A stretch of 64,000 nt of DNA from an uncultured Nitrososphaerota archaeon (GTDB taxonomy: Archaea; Thermoproteota; Nitrososphaeria; Nitrososphaerales; Gagatemarchaeaceae), in the NCBI GenBank assembly GCA_963718895.1, contig CAVRAG010000004.1, forward strand, positions 1 to 64,000. Reading direction: 5' to 3'. The position numbers and the translations under genes are program-made. The notes under the pieces are model-generated. The model made no database searches. It worked only from the letters and a program-made list of their open reading frames with translations, and was not told where the DNA came from. Below are positions 8,617 through 19,548 of the stretch, piece by piece (position 1 is the stretch's first letter; each line of letters begins with the position of its first letter).

Positions 8617-11278
8617 ATGCTTTCACTGATAGCTTGGTGGCCGAGCGCCGCACTGTCCTTAAATAATCCTCATCGTAGTCATGTAAAGTCTAACGTGCAC
8701 CACTCCCCAGGCTCGAGTCTGAACCTTCATCCCAGGCAACTCTTGAACCGAAGGCTATCGATACGGTCTTGTCTATGCATCCTCGCTGCGGTCCTAATCT
8801 TCTTGGGGGCCCTGGCAGCTTCCTTTCCTCTGGCTAGCGGGATTGGGGGGATGTCGTTAGATGGGAGCGCGAAGAACAGTTGTGGGTATGTGACCGCCTG
8901 TTCGGTCACGCTGACGACCAGCCAACCTTCGGACGTCATAATCGTAGGATGCGACTGCCTGCCGGCGGGTGCCTCGTTCTCGGTGAGCGACACGGCCGGC
9001 CTGACATTCCACCCTCGAACGGCGCAGTTGGGCATCGGAGGGAGTCAGTTCATCCAGACCTGGTATGCGGTGGCGCCGGCGGCTGTCACGGCGGACAGCA
9101 TATCGGTGCAGACTCCATCCACAGGCGAGACATGGTATGGAGTGATAGCGTTCGCCGTTTCGGGCGCGAACACGGCCAGTCCTTTCGATTCGAATCCGTC
9201 GGTGCCCAGGGCGCAGGCTAACATCGACTGTCCCGGCGGCGACCCGTGCAACACGGGCGTCTCCACGAGCGGCCCTGACTTCGTCTTCGAGTTCGCCGGG
9301 GACACCGGAAGCAGGCTCCAGACACCAGGCACTGGACTTACGCTGATCCAAGCGGGCACTTCCGGCCAGGATGCATATGCCCAGTACGAGGTGACTTCGG
9401 GTGGGCTCTCGGCCGCGACGCTGTCGTTCGGATCCTCACAGGGGAGTGACTTTGGCGCTGTGACGGACGCCCTGGTTCCAGCAGCCACCACCACCTCGAG
9501 CACGTCAACGTCCTCGATCACCACCCTAGGTGAGACTCGACACTACCACGGTGACCCCTCCATCCATCGACGGCAGCGCCAAGAACGGGTGCGGCTACGT
9601 GACTGCATGCACCCTATCTCTGTCAACCTCTCATTCCTCTGATGTCATCATAGTGGGTTGTGATTGTCTGCCGGCGGGTGCCTCGTTCTCGGTGAGCGAC
9701 ACGGCCGGCCTGACATTCCTCCCTCGAACGGCGCAGTTGGGCATCGGAGGGCGGCAATTCATCGAAACGTGGTATGCCCTGGCGTCGATGCCCCTGTCCG
9801 GGGACAGAATCTCCGTCCTTACGCCGGCGACCGGTGAGACTTGGTACGGAGTTGTCGCGTTCGGCGTGTCCGGAGCGAACCTTCAGGTCCCGTTTGACCC
9901 CAATCCCAATCTACCATTACATCAGGCAAACATCAACTGCCCCGGATCTGACCCGTGCAACACTGGTGTATCGACGAGCGACGCAAACGACTTCGTCTTC
10001 CAGTTCGGCGGGGACACCGGCGGAAGTCCCCAGACAGCGGGGCCGGATTTGCACTGATTCAAGACGAGACATCTGGACAGAGTGCCTACATGCAAGTACG
10101 AGACCGCCTCTGCGCCTCTGTCTTCGGTGAATCTCGCCGTTTGGAACCTCCCAGGGACACGACTTTGGGGTCATTGCGGACGCAATCCAGCCCGAGATCT
10201 TCCACTTCCACAACTAGCACCGGGTCTTCGTCCTCATCATCGACGTCGACATTCAGCACGACCTCCTCTTCCACGACCTCGTCGTCGCCGCCATTCATAG
10301 ACGGCTCCTACTGGAATGCGACGGTCAACTGTGGGGTCGCTGGCGACACCAGCTGTTCAGCTATCTTGACGACGAGATTCTCACCTGACCTGGTAGTAGT
10401 GTTCGGTCAAACAGAGTCCCTGCAGTTTGCCAGCTGCTCCGGTCTGGCGGCGCCCTCACTGTCCGGCGTGACGGACGCCTCTGGACTCACGTGGCACCTG
10501 AGGACCACGGTGACTTCTGCATCGACGCCTGCGAGCGACGGATGGTGTTACCAGTTCCATCTCGAGGAGTGGTATGCGAGACCCAACTCCACCCTGACGG
10601 GCGACACAATACAGGATTCACGTAGCCGCAGGATTGACATCGACTCAGCACCTGGGCCTCCTCGCCTTCGGGGTAGCCAACATCAACCAGCTCCATCCGT
10701 ACGACGCTAACCCGAACGCCAGCTGCACAGGAACCGGGACTTCGACGACGTTCTCCTGTGAGGTGTCCACAAGCAGCCCTGACGATCTGATTGTCGGAGG
10801 TCCGGACTTCTTCTTTGGAGCGTTCAGTTTCGGGACGGGCTATCAGACTGTCTCCCCCTACTTCGCCCCCGATTGCACCATCCAGGTCGATGTCTCTTGC
10901 TCCGAATACCAGGCGGTGGGGTCGGCTGAGACGGGCTTTGCGGTGTCCTACACTCAGGCGACGAACGCGATCTGGTGTCTGATAGGCGATTCCATACAGG
11001 GAAGCGGGGTGTCCTCCTCAATGTCTTCCAGTTCTTCGACTTCAAGCCGTGCAAGTTCTACCAGTGCGGGTGGGTCAGCCAGTCGGCGGCTAGGCTCTCG
11101 AACGGAGAGCTTCCACCCGCCGAATATCGGCATGATGGGCACAATCCAGGTTGTCAAACTCGCCGCAGCCAACAGCCAGCGCCTGCCGTTCTGGGTTGCA
11201 GACGGACTTCGGGCTCCTTCTGGGGTCAGAACGGTTACTAGCCAGACTCCGAAGATTGCGACCGCGGGCGCGAATTAA
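8617..11278 (+). CDS. Secreted protein with three copies of the ~210-aa repeat domain joined by Ser/Thr linkers (frameshifted; true start may be ~8695)
   Basis: ORFs 8617..9642, 9530..10057, 10082..10300, 9955..10710 and 10634..11278 join into signal peptide plus three homologous domains. Confidence 0.8.
8857..9477 (+). repeat. ~210-aa extracellular repeat domain, copy A
   Basis: LDGSAKNSCG...SDVIIVGC...TWYA...AFAVSGANTASPFDSNP...CNTGVST...DFGAVTDAL. Confidence 0.85.
9565..10188 (+). repeat. Repeat domain, copy B
   Basis: IDGSAKNGCG...AFGVSGANLQVPFDPNP...DFGVIADAI. Confidence 0.85.
10297..10996 (+). repeat. Repeat domain, copy C (divergent)
   Basis: IDGS...DLVVVF...DASGLTWHLR...EEWYA...AFGVANINQLHPYDANP...VSTSSPDDLIVG...LIGDSI. 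Confidence 0.75.
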
Positions 11279-11308
11279 TAAGACCCGGGTTTTGGCATCC
11301 GCTCTCGT

Positions 11309-12631
11309 ATGAGAGTCTGGATTCCCATCCTGGTGCTCGGGGTCATTGGCCTCATCACCGGGGGAGTCCTAGTGATTACGCATTTGCACCGCACAGTCGG
11401 GCTGGGCGGGATAGGGCTCGGTGCGCTTCTCATCCTGATAGGCCTGGGAGGAGGTGTTCCTGAGAGGGAGACCCGTGAGAGTCGAAGACAGGAAGACTGC
11501 CGTCCAGACAGGACAACGGTCACAGGCTCGAAAGGCTATCATTGCTGTATTGGTGGTTATCCTCATCGGTGTTGGAACGTTCTACGGGACGACATACCTT
11601 ACGGGGCTCCAGTCCGGAGGGCAACCTCCGCCTACCGGAAACTCTGGGCAGAGCTCGCAACAGACCAGCGTCGTGACGAGCAACCCTAGCAGCACAACCG
11701 CTTCCGTCTCCGGATCGATAACCACCTTCCAACCAAGCACAACCTCCAGCAGCACCGCCGTCTCCCATACGACCACCAGCACAACCATCAGCACCTCCAC
11801 TCAGAGCGGCTCAGGCAGCGGCACGGCCAGTAGCACTTCCAGCACCACCGCCACGAGCAGCGTGAGCACCTTGACTGGCACGAGTTCAACATCCCAACAG
11901 ACCCAATCTCTCAGCCAGAGTACGACGACATCGAGTGATTGCCTTGCCTCGACCAAATCCCTTGACGGCTCAGCGATAAACTATAACGCATCCGGCACTT
12001 CTGGAGTCGTTTCTCTTACGACGCAAAGGTCCTCGGACGTGATAGTCGTCTTTGTCTCCGCGGTCACTAATCCGGAGGGGAACAAGACCACCCCGCCCGC
12101 TGTTACGCGAATCCAAGATGGCACAGGTTCTCTCTCGTTCCATGACAGAGCGTCCTTCGTGACGCCTGGTAGCGACTCTGGTGGCAACAAGTTCTCAGAG
12201 GAAGAGTGGTACGCGATCGCTCCGGTCCCTCTGGCCAATGACCCCATCACAGTTACCCTGGCGTCCAAGACGGGGGTCCTCACGATTATCGCCTTCGCGG
12301 TGTCCGGTGCTAACACCAATTCTCCATTCGATCCGAACCTTCCGGTCCGGTCGGGGTGGAGGGGACCACCCAGGGAACGATATCTGCCGCAGTCTCGACC
12401 GACTGTTCGAGCGACCTGATCGTCGGGGGGGCGATTGACGTTAATCCGCAACTGGGAACTGGTCAGGGCTACACGTTGATACAATCGGACGGCGGCATCT
12501 CACAGGCGCAGAGCATAGTCGCCGAATACATGCTGGTTTCTGCTCCCCAGGCAAAACTAGAAGTGTCGTTCACAAGCGTGTCCCAGCCCTTTACGTACAC
12601 CTGGCTCATAATCGCCGACGCGTTCAACTAG
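11309..12631 (+). CDS. Membrane protein: three N-terminal TM helices, Ser/Thr stalk, C-terminal repeat domain (frameshifted)
   Basis: Joined from ORFs 11309..11689, 11454..12419 and 12356..12631. Confidence 0.8.
11961..12628 (+). repeat. Repeat domain, copy D (divergent)
   Basis: LDGSA...SDVIVVF...EEWYA...AFAVSGANTNSPFDPN...VSTDCSSDLIVG...IIADAF. Confidence 0.8.
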
Positions 12632-12995
12632 AGGAAGCTGCTGCACGCATCTGTAACCTCTCCTAGACAACCCTTCAGGTGGATCGCGTTTCGTTTGCCT
12701 CTCCCTCCTTGAGCCGAGCCAAGGCCTCCTAGCTCACTCAGATGGTCTGAATACAGGGCGAGTGAGCCATGGAAACACACCCATTTCGAATCCCGAAACT
12801 TCTCGTGAATGAAGACTCCCCGGTAGCGAGCAGGATCTCTCAAGGGCTGGCAGAACCCGCTTCCCATCCCGGCCGGGTCACGGCGGGAGAGGGTACAATC
12901 GACGCGGCTCTGTCCCAACAGGACCTGGCTGATGTCAGCCGAAAGAGGTACTAGGGTCTAGCCTTGGAATCTAAAGGGCTTCAGGAACTTAGATC

Positions 12996-13038
12996 AGAAA
13001 AACAGATGGCAGCAGTGTAGTTGTGACTTACACTGCTG
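12996..13038 (-). terminator. Hairpin plus U-tract after the PQF-CTERM gene
   Basis: CAGCAGTGTA/TACACTGCTG stem (13010-13038) overlapping the stop codon, then TCTGTTTTTCT, the same 11-mer as at 2401-2411. Confidence 0.65.
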
Positions 13039-13660
13039 TACCGACTGTGGGCGCAATCTGCGGGAGACTCTTCTTCCGCAAGAAGAGGAGTCCTACCGCG
13101 CCGAGCACCACAGCTAGGCCCGTTCCGACAACCGCGAACTGGGGCACAGTCGCTGTGACTGTGAGTGACGCTATCTCAGTGTACGAACCGCCACACTTCA
13201 TCTCTGTACCGACCTGGGAGCATGCGTAGATGGTCAGCGTCTCCTGGCCGTTTGTGGGAGTTACCGTCGATGGGGCGGTAAGTGACAGCGTCATTGTTGA
13301 GGGTGACCCATACCCTGCTCCTTCACAGGTGCCCGATGGGCATGTGCTCACGGTCCCTGATGCGGGAGTAAAGGTCCAGCTCCATCCGTTGTCGGTGCCT
13401 GAGTTTGAGCTGCAACCGGTTCCTATTGGGCAGACGTAGTAGTGCATTGTCGTACCACTGGGAGCGTTGCTTGCGTAGAACTCGAAGTTCGCGGTCCCCG
13501 TGCTTCCAGGACCAGTCAGGGCTATTACGTTACCTACGGAACAGCCACTCACGCATTGTAGTTGTCCAGTGTATGTTGTCGCTGCCATTGCGGTTGGCAG
13601 CACCATGAGAGCGAACATCGCTCCAACGGACGCCAGTACAGCCAGCTTCCTCAGTTGCAT
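13028..13660 (-). CDS. Secreted Cys-rich surface protein with variant PEF-CTERM (VPQF) sorting signal
   Basis: Signal peptide, eight Cys in four close pairs, C-terminal VPQFAVVGTGLAVVLGAVGLLFLRKK. Confidence 0.85.
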   Translation of the reverse strand: MQLRKLAVLASVGAMFALMVLPTAMAATTYTGQLQCVSGCSVGNVIALTGPGSTGTANFEFYASNAPSGTTMHYYVCPIGTGCSSNSGTDNGWSWTFTPASGTVSTCPSGTCEGAGYGSPSTMTLSLTAPSTVTPTNGQETLTIYACSQVGTEMKCGGSYTEIASLTVTATVPQFAVVGTGLAVVLGAVGLLFLRKKSLPQIAPTVGTAV

Positions 13661-13683
13661 GACTGTGGCTTAGCGTGGGTCGG

Positions 13684-13732
13684 TTATAAGGCCTAGGAAG
13701 CCGAAATCAATGGACATGAATTTGAAATTCAC
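13684..13732 (-). promoter_or_regulatory. TATA box plus tandem palindromic operator
   Basis: TTATAA (13684-13689) lies 23 nt before the ATG. ATGAATTTGAAATTCAC (13716-13732) lies 26 nt from the TATA; a degenerate second box is at 13695-13711. Confidence 0.75.
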
Positions 13733-13981
13733 GTCGGATTTGGAGGGATAATCCACCAGAAAATGGGCTGTTTCGGACCTCTTCAGGGAGCCTAAGCTCA
13801 TGGCATCCCCCGTTAGAGGCGGTCGCCGCAAGCACATTTCGATAGTTCTGGAAGGGCGCTTATATGGATTGCGCCGACAGCGGACCCCTGGCCCATGGCC
13901 TTGAGAGGGACTCTCCAGAAAAGTACAGGTCAGATCAGACCAGAAATTTTTAATTACGCCTGACAGATTCCATCAGAATCG

Positions 13982-14912
13982 TTGAAGTCGGGACTAACCA
14001 CCGCTATTGACTGGCGCAGGATGTCTCGCCCCAACGCATACCTTGTGGCGTTAGTGGTAGCGTTCCTGATTCCCATTGCGATCCCCGGAGTCGGGATCGA
14101 CTTCACGTATTTCTTCATCTTCATCATCGTCTTCTTTGCCTGGTTGATAATGAAGTGGGAGAGCTTCGAGGGCCTCACAAACAAGAGCACGCTCTGGGAG
14201 ACGGTCATCGGGGTGGGCGGGGTCGTAGCAGTCTACGCGTACAAGGCAGCCTCGGCCACACGCCTGGGACTACTCGATATGGTGATCATCTTCGGGGCGC
14301 TGGCGGTCGCATTCTTCGGGATCAGGTCCTACAAGCTCTTCTGGGTTCCCGCGGCCTACGGGGTCGTTCTTCTGCTCGGCTATCAGGTCGAGAACGACAT
14401 ACCGAACTACGTCGTCTTGCAGGACTGGATGGCCGGGGTCATGGCGTCGGCGATGAGCGTGCTTGGGATACCGTCGGTCGCCTCGGGCCACCTCGTCGCT
14501 GTGAATTCCAATTCAAGCTCGCCGCTCCTTCTGGACGTAGCCAGCGACTGCACCGGGAATCCAGGGCGTTCTGGCGTTCGGGCTCCTGGGGAGCATGGCT
14601 CTGATCGACGTCAAGGCGAAGCTCTCGAGGGTAATTCCGCTACTTGCGATAGGTTTCGTCGGTGTCTTCCTGATCAACATCCTGAGGCTGCTGGTCGTCT
14701 TCCTGTCATTCGATTTCCTTGGCATCTCCATTGGAAACACCGTTCACGTCTATGCAGGGTACACCCTCTTCATAATCTGGGTTCTGGTCTTCTGGGGTCT
14801 CGCCTTCAAGTACCTGTCTCCCAAACCGGCGACCGTGGTCACCCCTGTCGTACCTCCAGAGCAGCAGCCCGGTCTAGTCATTGAGACCTCCTGCAAGACT
14901 CCATTATTGTAA
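13982..14912 (+). CDS. Archaeosortase/exosortase family transpeptidase (one frameshift near 14555)
   Basis: About eight TM helices, with catalytic-triad motifs VASDCTG, INILRL and VHVYAG across ORFs 13982..14884 and 14595..14912. Confidence 0.9.
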
Positions 14913-14949
14913 GCGTCCCGGACGAGAACCGTGAAGGGTTCTCTCTTGG

Positions 14950-16066
14950 TCCAGCGCTGCGGTCAGTTATCAAAATTCTCTCGAGCTGAGTCGTCGTAAC
15001 GTCCCAGGTGAAGTCACGCAGGACCCGAGCCCTCGCATTCCTGCCGAGTTGCTCTCTGAGGCTCCGGTACCGAGAGGAGCGTGCGCAGTGGCCGCCGTCA
15101 GCTCATCGGCGTTTCCCTCTTTGACCAAGAGACCCCGGTGACTCCGTCGGTCACGGCCTCGGGAATCCCCCCTGAGTAGGTGCCTATGGAAGGACTTGCC
15201 CCGTCAGGCCGGCCTCCAGAAAGACAGTCCCAAAGCCCTCTACGTCGCCGCGGATCGTCTTCGGGACGGCATCGACGACGAGGTCGCAACTCTTCATATC
15301 TCGCTGTACAGGGCGTCGCCCCTCAGGCTGCCATGAGAACCTCACCCTATCGACCAGGCCGAGCCTCCGGACGAGCTCCGTCAAGCTTTGGCATCTCAGG
15401 GCCGTCTCCCACTATCTCAAGCCGGGCCGCCGGGAAGTCCGCCAGGACGTTGAAACGAGTTTATCAGGTCGTCGACCCCCTTTCTCTCGACCAGTCTCCC
15501 CACGAAGAGGATCCTGCCATCAGCGGTTGAGGGCCTCCCCTTCCGGCGCGCCGCAGTTCGGGATTGACGCTCGGATAGAGGAGCGCTACTTCCTCGGGAG
15601 AAGGGGGGCAAGAGCGAGGCGGTGAATCGGGAGTTCGTCGCTATCCGGCTCGCCAGGATTTGAGAGCGAACAGGAGAACCTTACCCAAGGAGCTCTTGCG
15701 GGCTTGAAGGATGTCCTTGCCGTAGAGGAGCATCGCGGTCCTCTTTCCTCGCAACCTGCAGTAGAGGAGCAGAAAGTTCCCGAACAGGGTGACTCCGCCG
15801 CTCAAGAGAAAGACTGAATCGATCGATTTCCTGCTGATGAGCTTCAGGGTGTAGCGGAACGAACGCAGGAGCGCTCTCGAGCCGGAGGGGCACTTGTGCA
15901 GGAGTGAACCATAGAAGGCTTCGTCCGTGAACCTGTAGCCGGGCGCAAAGGCCTCGACCTCGACGAAGCGGCCGCGCTTCATGAGCTCCGTTACGTAGCC
16001 TTGCACTCTGCCCTCAACTCCTCCTATGTTCTGCGGCGGGTCAAAGGTCACGATTAGGAGTCTCAA
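14950..16066 (-). CDS. GT4 glycosyltransferase (heavily frameshifted)
   Basis: PPQNIGGVE, ILFVGRLVERKGVDDLI, EGFGTVFLEA, GGIPEAVTDG, FTWD. Confidence 0.85.
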
Positions 16067-16178
16067 GGCTAATCCATTTCTCGAGGAGCGCAGGTGGTGC
16101 CGGAACGGAGGGGCATTTATCTCATTATGAGACCTCCGGAGCGGCGAACTTCAGGGTTCCGCTCCCGGGTGTCGGTGT

Positions 16179-17247
16179 CTAGGCCGCAACCAGAAGCAGC
16201 GCGACCAGCAGGGCCGCAAAAGAGGACCCGAGCATCAAAGACATAAGCACGGGCGAGCTCCATACATCAATGAAGAGCGTCCAGAGCAAGACCTGTCCCT
16301 ACGGGATTGACACGGGATTTACCCCCTCGGGGAACAGGCGGTTGAGTTCCTGGGGGTTAAGATCGTCCAGCGTCATGTTCTTCCGGTACAGCCTGAAGAT
16401 GAAAGTGAAGATCACGGCGAGGTTGGTCGGATGGAGCCACGCTCCGAGGCTGTAGACCCACATCAGGATGAGGCCGAGCAGGAACCACTCGAAGAAGGCA
16501 GTCGCCGTGAGTGGCGCCGACGCAAACCCGCCCGGGACCAACCCCTCCAGAAATGAGCCAGACGAAGGCGAAGGCGGAGGCCCCCGAGGCGCACTTCCAA
16601 AAAGCGCAGGGTCCCACAGCGAAAGCGAGTAGACCCAGAAGAACCTATAGCCGCGGGCGACCCTCAGCTTCCTGTCGAGTACCTGTTGACCGCCAGCCGC
16701 AGGGCAACTTCGTGGTCAACCAGCAATGTTCTTCGCCGAGACTAGGTACCTCATTACCTCAAGGAACTCGTCTTCGGAGAGGTCACTCAGCTCGCTCCTT
16801 AAGGTGTCCCATGGGAACAGAGGGTCCCCATCTCCGACCAGCCGCCCATCCTGGAGATACGTGGGGCTCTATCTTGGCTTTGAGAGCGGGCGGGAGGTCT
16901 ACACTCACATCCCAGCACAGGACGTAGAAGACCGTCCCGCCAGGGAGGGGGTGCCTCTCGACGACCCCGGCCTTGACGAGGGGCTTGAGGTTGTAGATTA
17001 CTGCGGCAGGTGTTTGTATCCGACGGCTGCCGACATCTGAGTCGGTGTCATGGCTTTCTTCTGTCTTAGTTCGGTGAAAGGGACCTCTTCCGGGGGAGTC
17101 ACTGAACGAGTTCACGAGGGTGCCTCCGTGCAGGATTTGGAAAGTTCGACCCTCGAAGTAGCCGCTGTACCCTTTCTTCAGCAGACGGGCCAGTTTGAGG
17201 CCGCCCCCGAGGTCGAGGTCGCTTCCGCTCATCTGGAGAACCTCCAT
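16179..17247 (-). CDS. Putative membrane-anchored transcription regulator (ArsR-like wHTH plus C-terminal TM helices), frameshifted
   Basis: Reconstruction gives ELRQKKAMTPTQMSAAVGYKHLPAVIYNLKPLVKAGVVERH...VFYVL, followed by several hydrophobic segments. Confidence 0.6.
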
Positions 17248-17468
17248 GTGTACCCAATCTATTTAAATCATGAACGGCGCATAAATAATTAATTCTCGGG
17301 CAAGAATACGGACTTTTCATTTTTTTTTATTTTTTTTCGCTCCCCTTTAGAGCGGAGCGCCGTTCGGCGGAGTCGACAGCAAGCCCCCGACGACGAAGCT
17401 ATCCGGCGCAATCATCGGATTCTCGAGCATGCCCCTGAAGCCCCCAGGTGCCTCCGTGGTTGTAGACG

Positions 17469-19000
17469 CTAACGGACGGCAGGGTCGGCCCAGACGCCGT
17501 TCACCCGGGCCTGGAATACCGGGAAGCTCGTCGTCGCGATGCCAATGGGCAAGGCCAGACCGTTCTCCTCAGACAGCGCGTAGATTGGGTAGGACGAGGA
17601 GGAGGCAGACGCTCCCAGGTTGTAGCTTCCAACGACGGTCCCGTCGTAGGTCGCCACCCACGTGGTGCCGGACTGCAGGTAGACCGTGAACTGGTGGGTC
17701 CCGGATGTTGGAGTGGACCCCAACATGTTTCCATACATGCAACGGTGTAGGTTGCGAGGTTCCAGACCTCTGTGAACACGACGGGGGTCGAGCCGTCGCA
17801 GATGTAGTAGCCGACCTGCATCCAGAAGTTGCTGGCTGAATCGTCGGACACCCAGAAGGAGACGCAGCCCACCGGTACCAGGATGGACTGGACCTGGATT
17901 GAACTTCGGCACACCCGTGTTCGGCAGAGCCGACGGTGTTCTCGTCGTCGCTCCCAGGTAGAACACCCCGTTCCCTTTGGACTTCCGGTCTGGGTGGTGG
18001 AGCTCGATGTCGTGGTCGTGGTGGACGTTGATGTGCGGGAGGTCGTTGCTCGAGCTGGTGGTTGATGACGTTGAGGTCGTTGTGTGGGAGGTGGTGCTTG
18101 ACGTTGTCGAGGACGACGATGTCGAGTGCGACGTGGTCGTTGATGAGGAAGAAGAGGAAGAGCTCATCGAGTTGCTCGTTGAACTCGATGTCGACTGGAA
18201 GTGCTGTGGGGGGATGAAGAAGTCGAGGATGCAGCCGGATTGATGGCATCGGCTATCACGCCGAAGTCGCTTCCCGGGGGTGGTGCCGAAAGACAGGGTG
18301 GCACCGGATAAGGAAGCGGAGAGCACTTCGTACTGGGCGAAGACGTTCTGTTCCGAGGTAGACGATTGAATTAGTGTCATCCCGGGCCCTGGGCCGCCTG
18401 GAGCTTAGATCCCGTAGACTCCGCCTATCTGGAACACGAAGGAACCGGCAGGCGCAGAGACTCCGATGTTGCACGGCCTTGTGCAGGCATTCAGATTAGC
18501 TTGGGCCACGGAAAAGGTAGCCGCGAAAGGCTGAGCGGTGTTCGCGCCTGATACGGCAAAGACGACCACGCCGTACCACGTCTCTCCGGTCAGGGATTTT
18601 GTCTTGAGCGGAGATTATCTTGTCCGCTCGTCAGCGGCGTTCGGTGATATCGCATACCAGGTCTGCACGAACTGGTTTCCGCCGATGCCCCTCTGAGCTG
18701 GTTCACCCTCGGGGTGAACGTCTGAGTCCGGCACTGTCCTTCACCGAGAACTATTCGCCGGCAGGCCTAGCAGTCGCATCCCACTACGATCACGTCAGAA
18801 GGGTTCGCCGTGCTAAGCGACACGGAGCAGGACATAACGTACCCGCATCCTGTTCCCGCGCTGCTATCCAGCCCTGCCAGATGGGAGGTTGCGGCGGCGA
18901 CGGGTCCTATTCCTCTCCGGCTATGACCGCTGAAAGTTACAAAAAGAGAAGCGCCAGCCCCGCGCTGAAAGGAGTCTGAAGCCCGCCTTCACGGCCCACA
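17469..19000 (-). CDS. Secreted protein: repeat domain, Ser/Thr linker, glutamic-peptidase-like domain (frameshifted)
   Basis: The C-terminal domain (SALPNTGV, FWMQVGYY, ASASSSSYPIYALSEE) is a paralogue of the 6391..8262 head; the N-terminal part is repeat copy E. Confidence 0.75.
18243..18875 (-). repeat. Repeat domain, copy E
   Basis: GCGYV..CSVSLST...SDVIVVGCDC...TGETWYGVVVFAVSGANTAQPF...TLIQ...AQYE...DFGVIADAI in minus-strand fragments. Confidence 0.8.
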
Positions 19001-19548
19001 GCAAAGCTTTGAGGCTATTTAAAATTAAAATACAATATAAAGGCTATGCATCGCCAAGCCCGATCATGAGCTCGAGACTAGCCAAGGTTCCGGAGCCACT
19101 CAATCCGATTCGAGTAGGGCAAGTCTAGTCCGGCGAGGGTTTCTGTGTAATCTTCCTCGAGGTCCCTGCGCCATGAATGGAATCTGGCGCCCTAACCATT
19201 TAAAATTTAAATAACATATAGTTTACTTGCACTGGGATGGGCTCACAGTGGCTAGATTGGGGTGAAATCAATGAATAATCGGCAAGACATCCATATAAAG
19301 TTAGCGCTTTAGATATTATTTTAGCAGATTCATGGTATCTGATATTTTGCACTAAAGATTGCTGGTTCTCATGTTAGAGAAAGCATAGTCATAGCTAAAT
19401 AACCCTATGGAAAGTCCGGGGATGCCATCGAGATGGACCTTGACTCTCAAAGACAACCAAGACTCGTCCGTTCACTCTAACTTTAGGGAATGCCCCCCAT
19501 ATCGAAACAAGGCTTTCACCAGCGGCTAAGAACAGGGGTGCGTTTATC

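Noticed and set aside
8259-8618. Small minus-strand ORFs upstream of the Thr-rich protein
   Set aside because: No recognisable motifs and conflicting frames; I cannot support a gene call, though a short gene starting at 8549 is possible.
12628-12960. Short ORFs on both strands between convergent genes
   Set aside because: No coding signature, signal peptide or similarity to anything else in the window.
13895-13984. ATG at 13895 in frame with the archaeosortase but interrupted by TGA at 13961 (readthrough or uORF)
   Set aside because: No recoding signal is visible, and the background error rate is too high to trust a single stop codon.
19000-19540. AT-rich intergenic stretch as a possible replication origin or mobile-element end
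   Set aside because: No ORB-like repeats, cdc6, terminal inverted repeats or transposase. It is adequately explained as divergent promoters.
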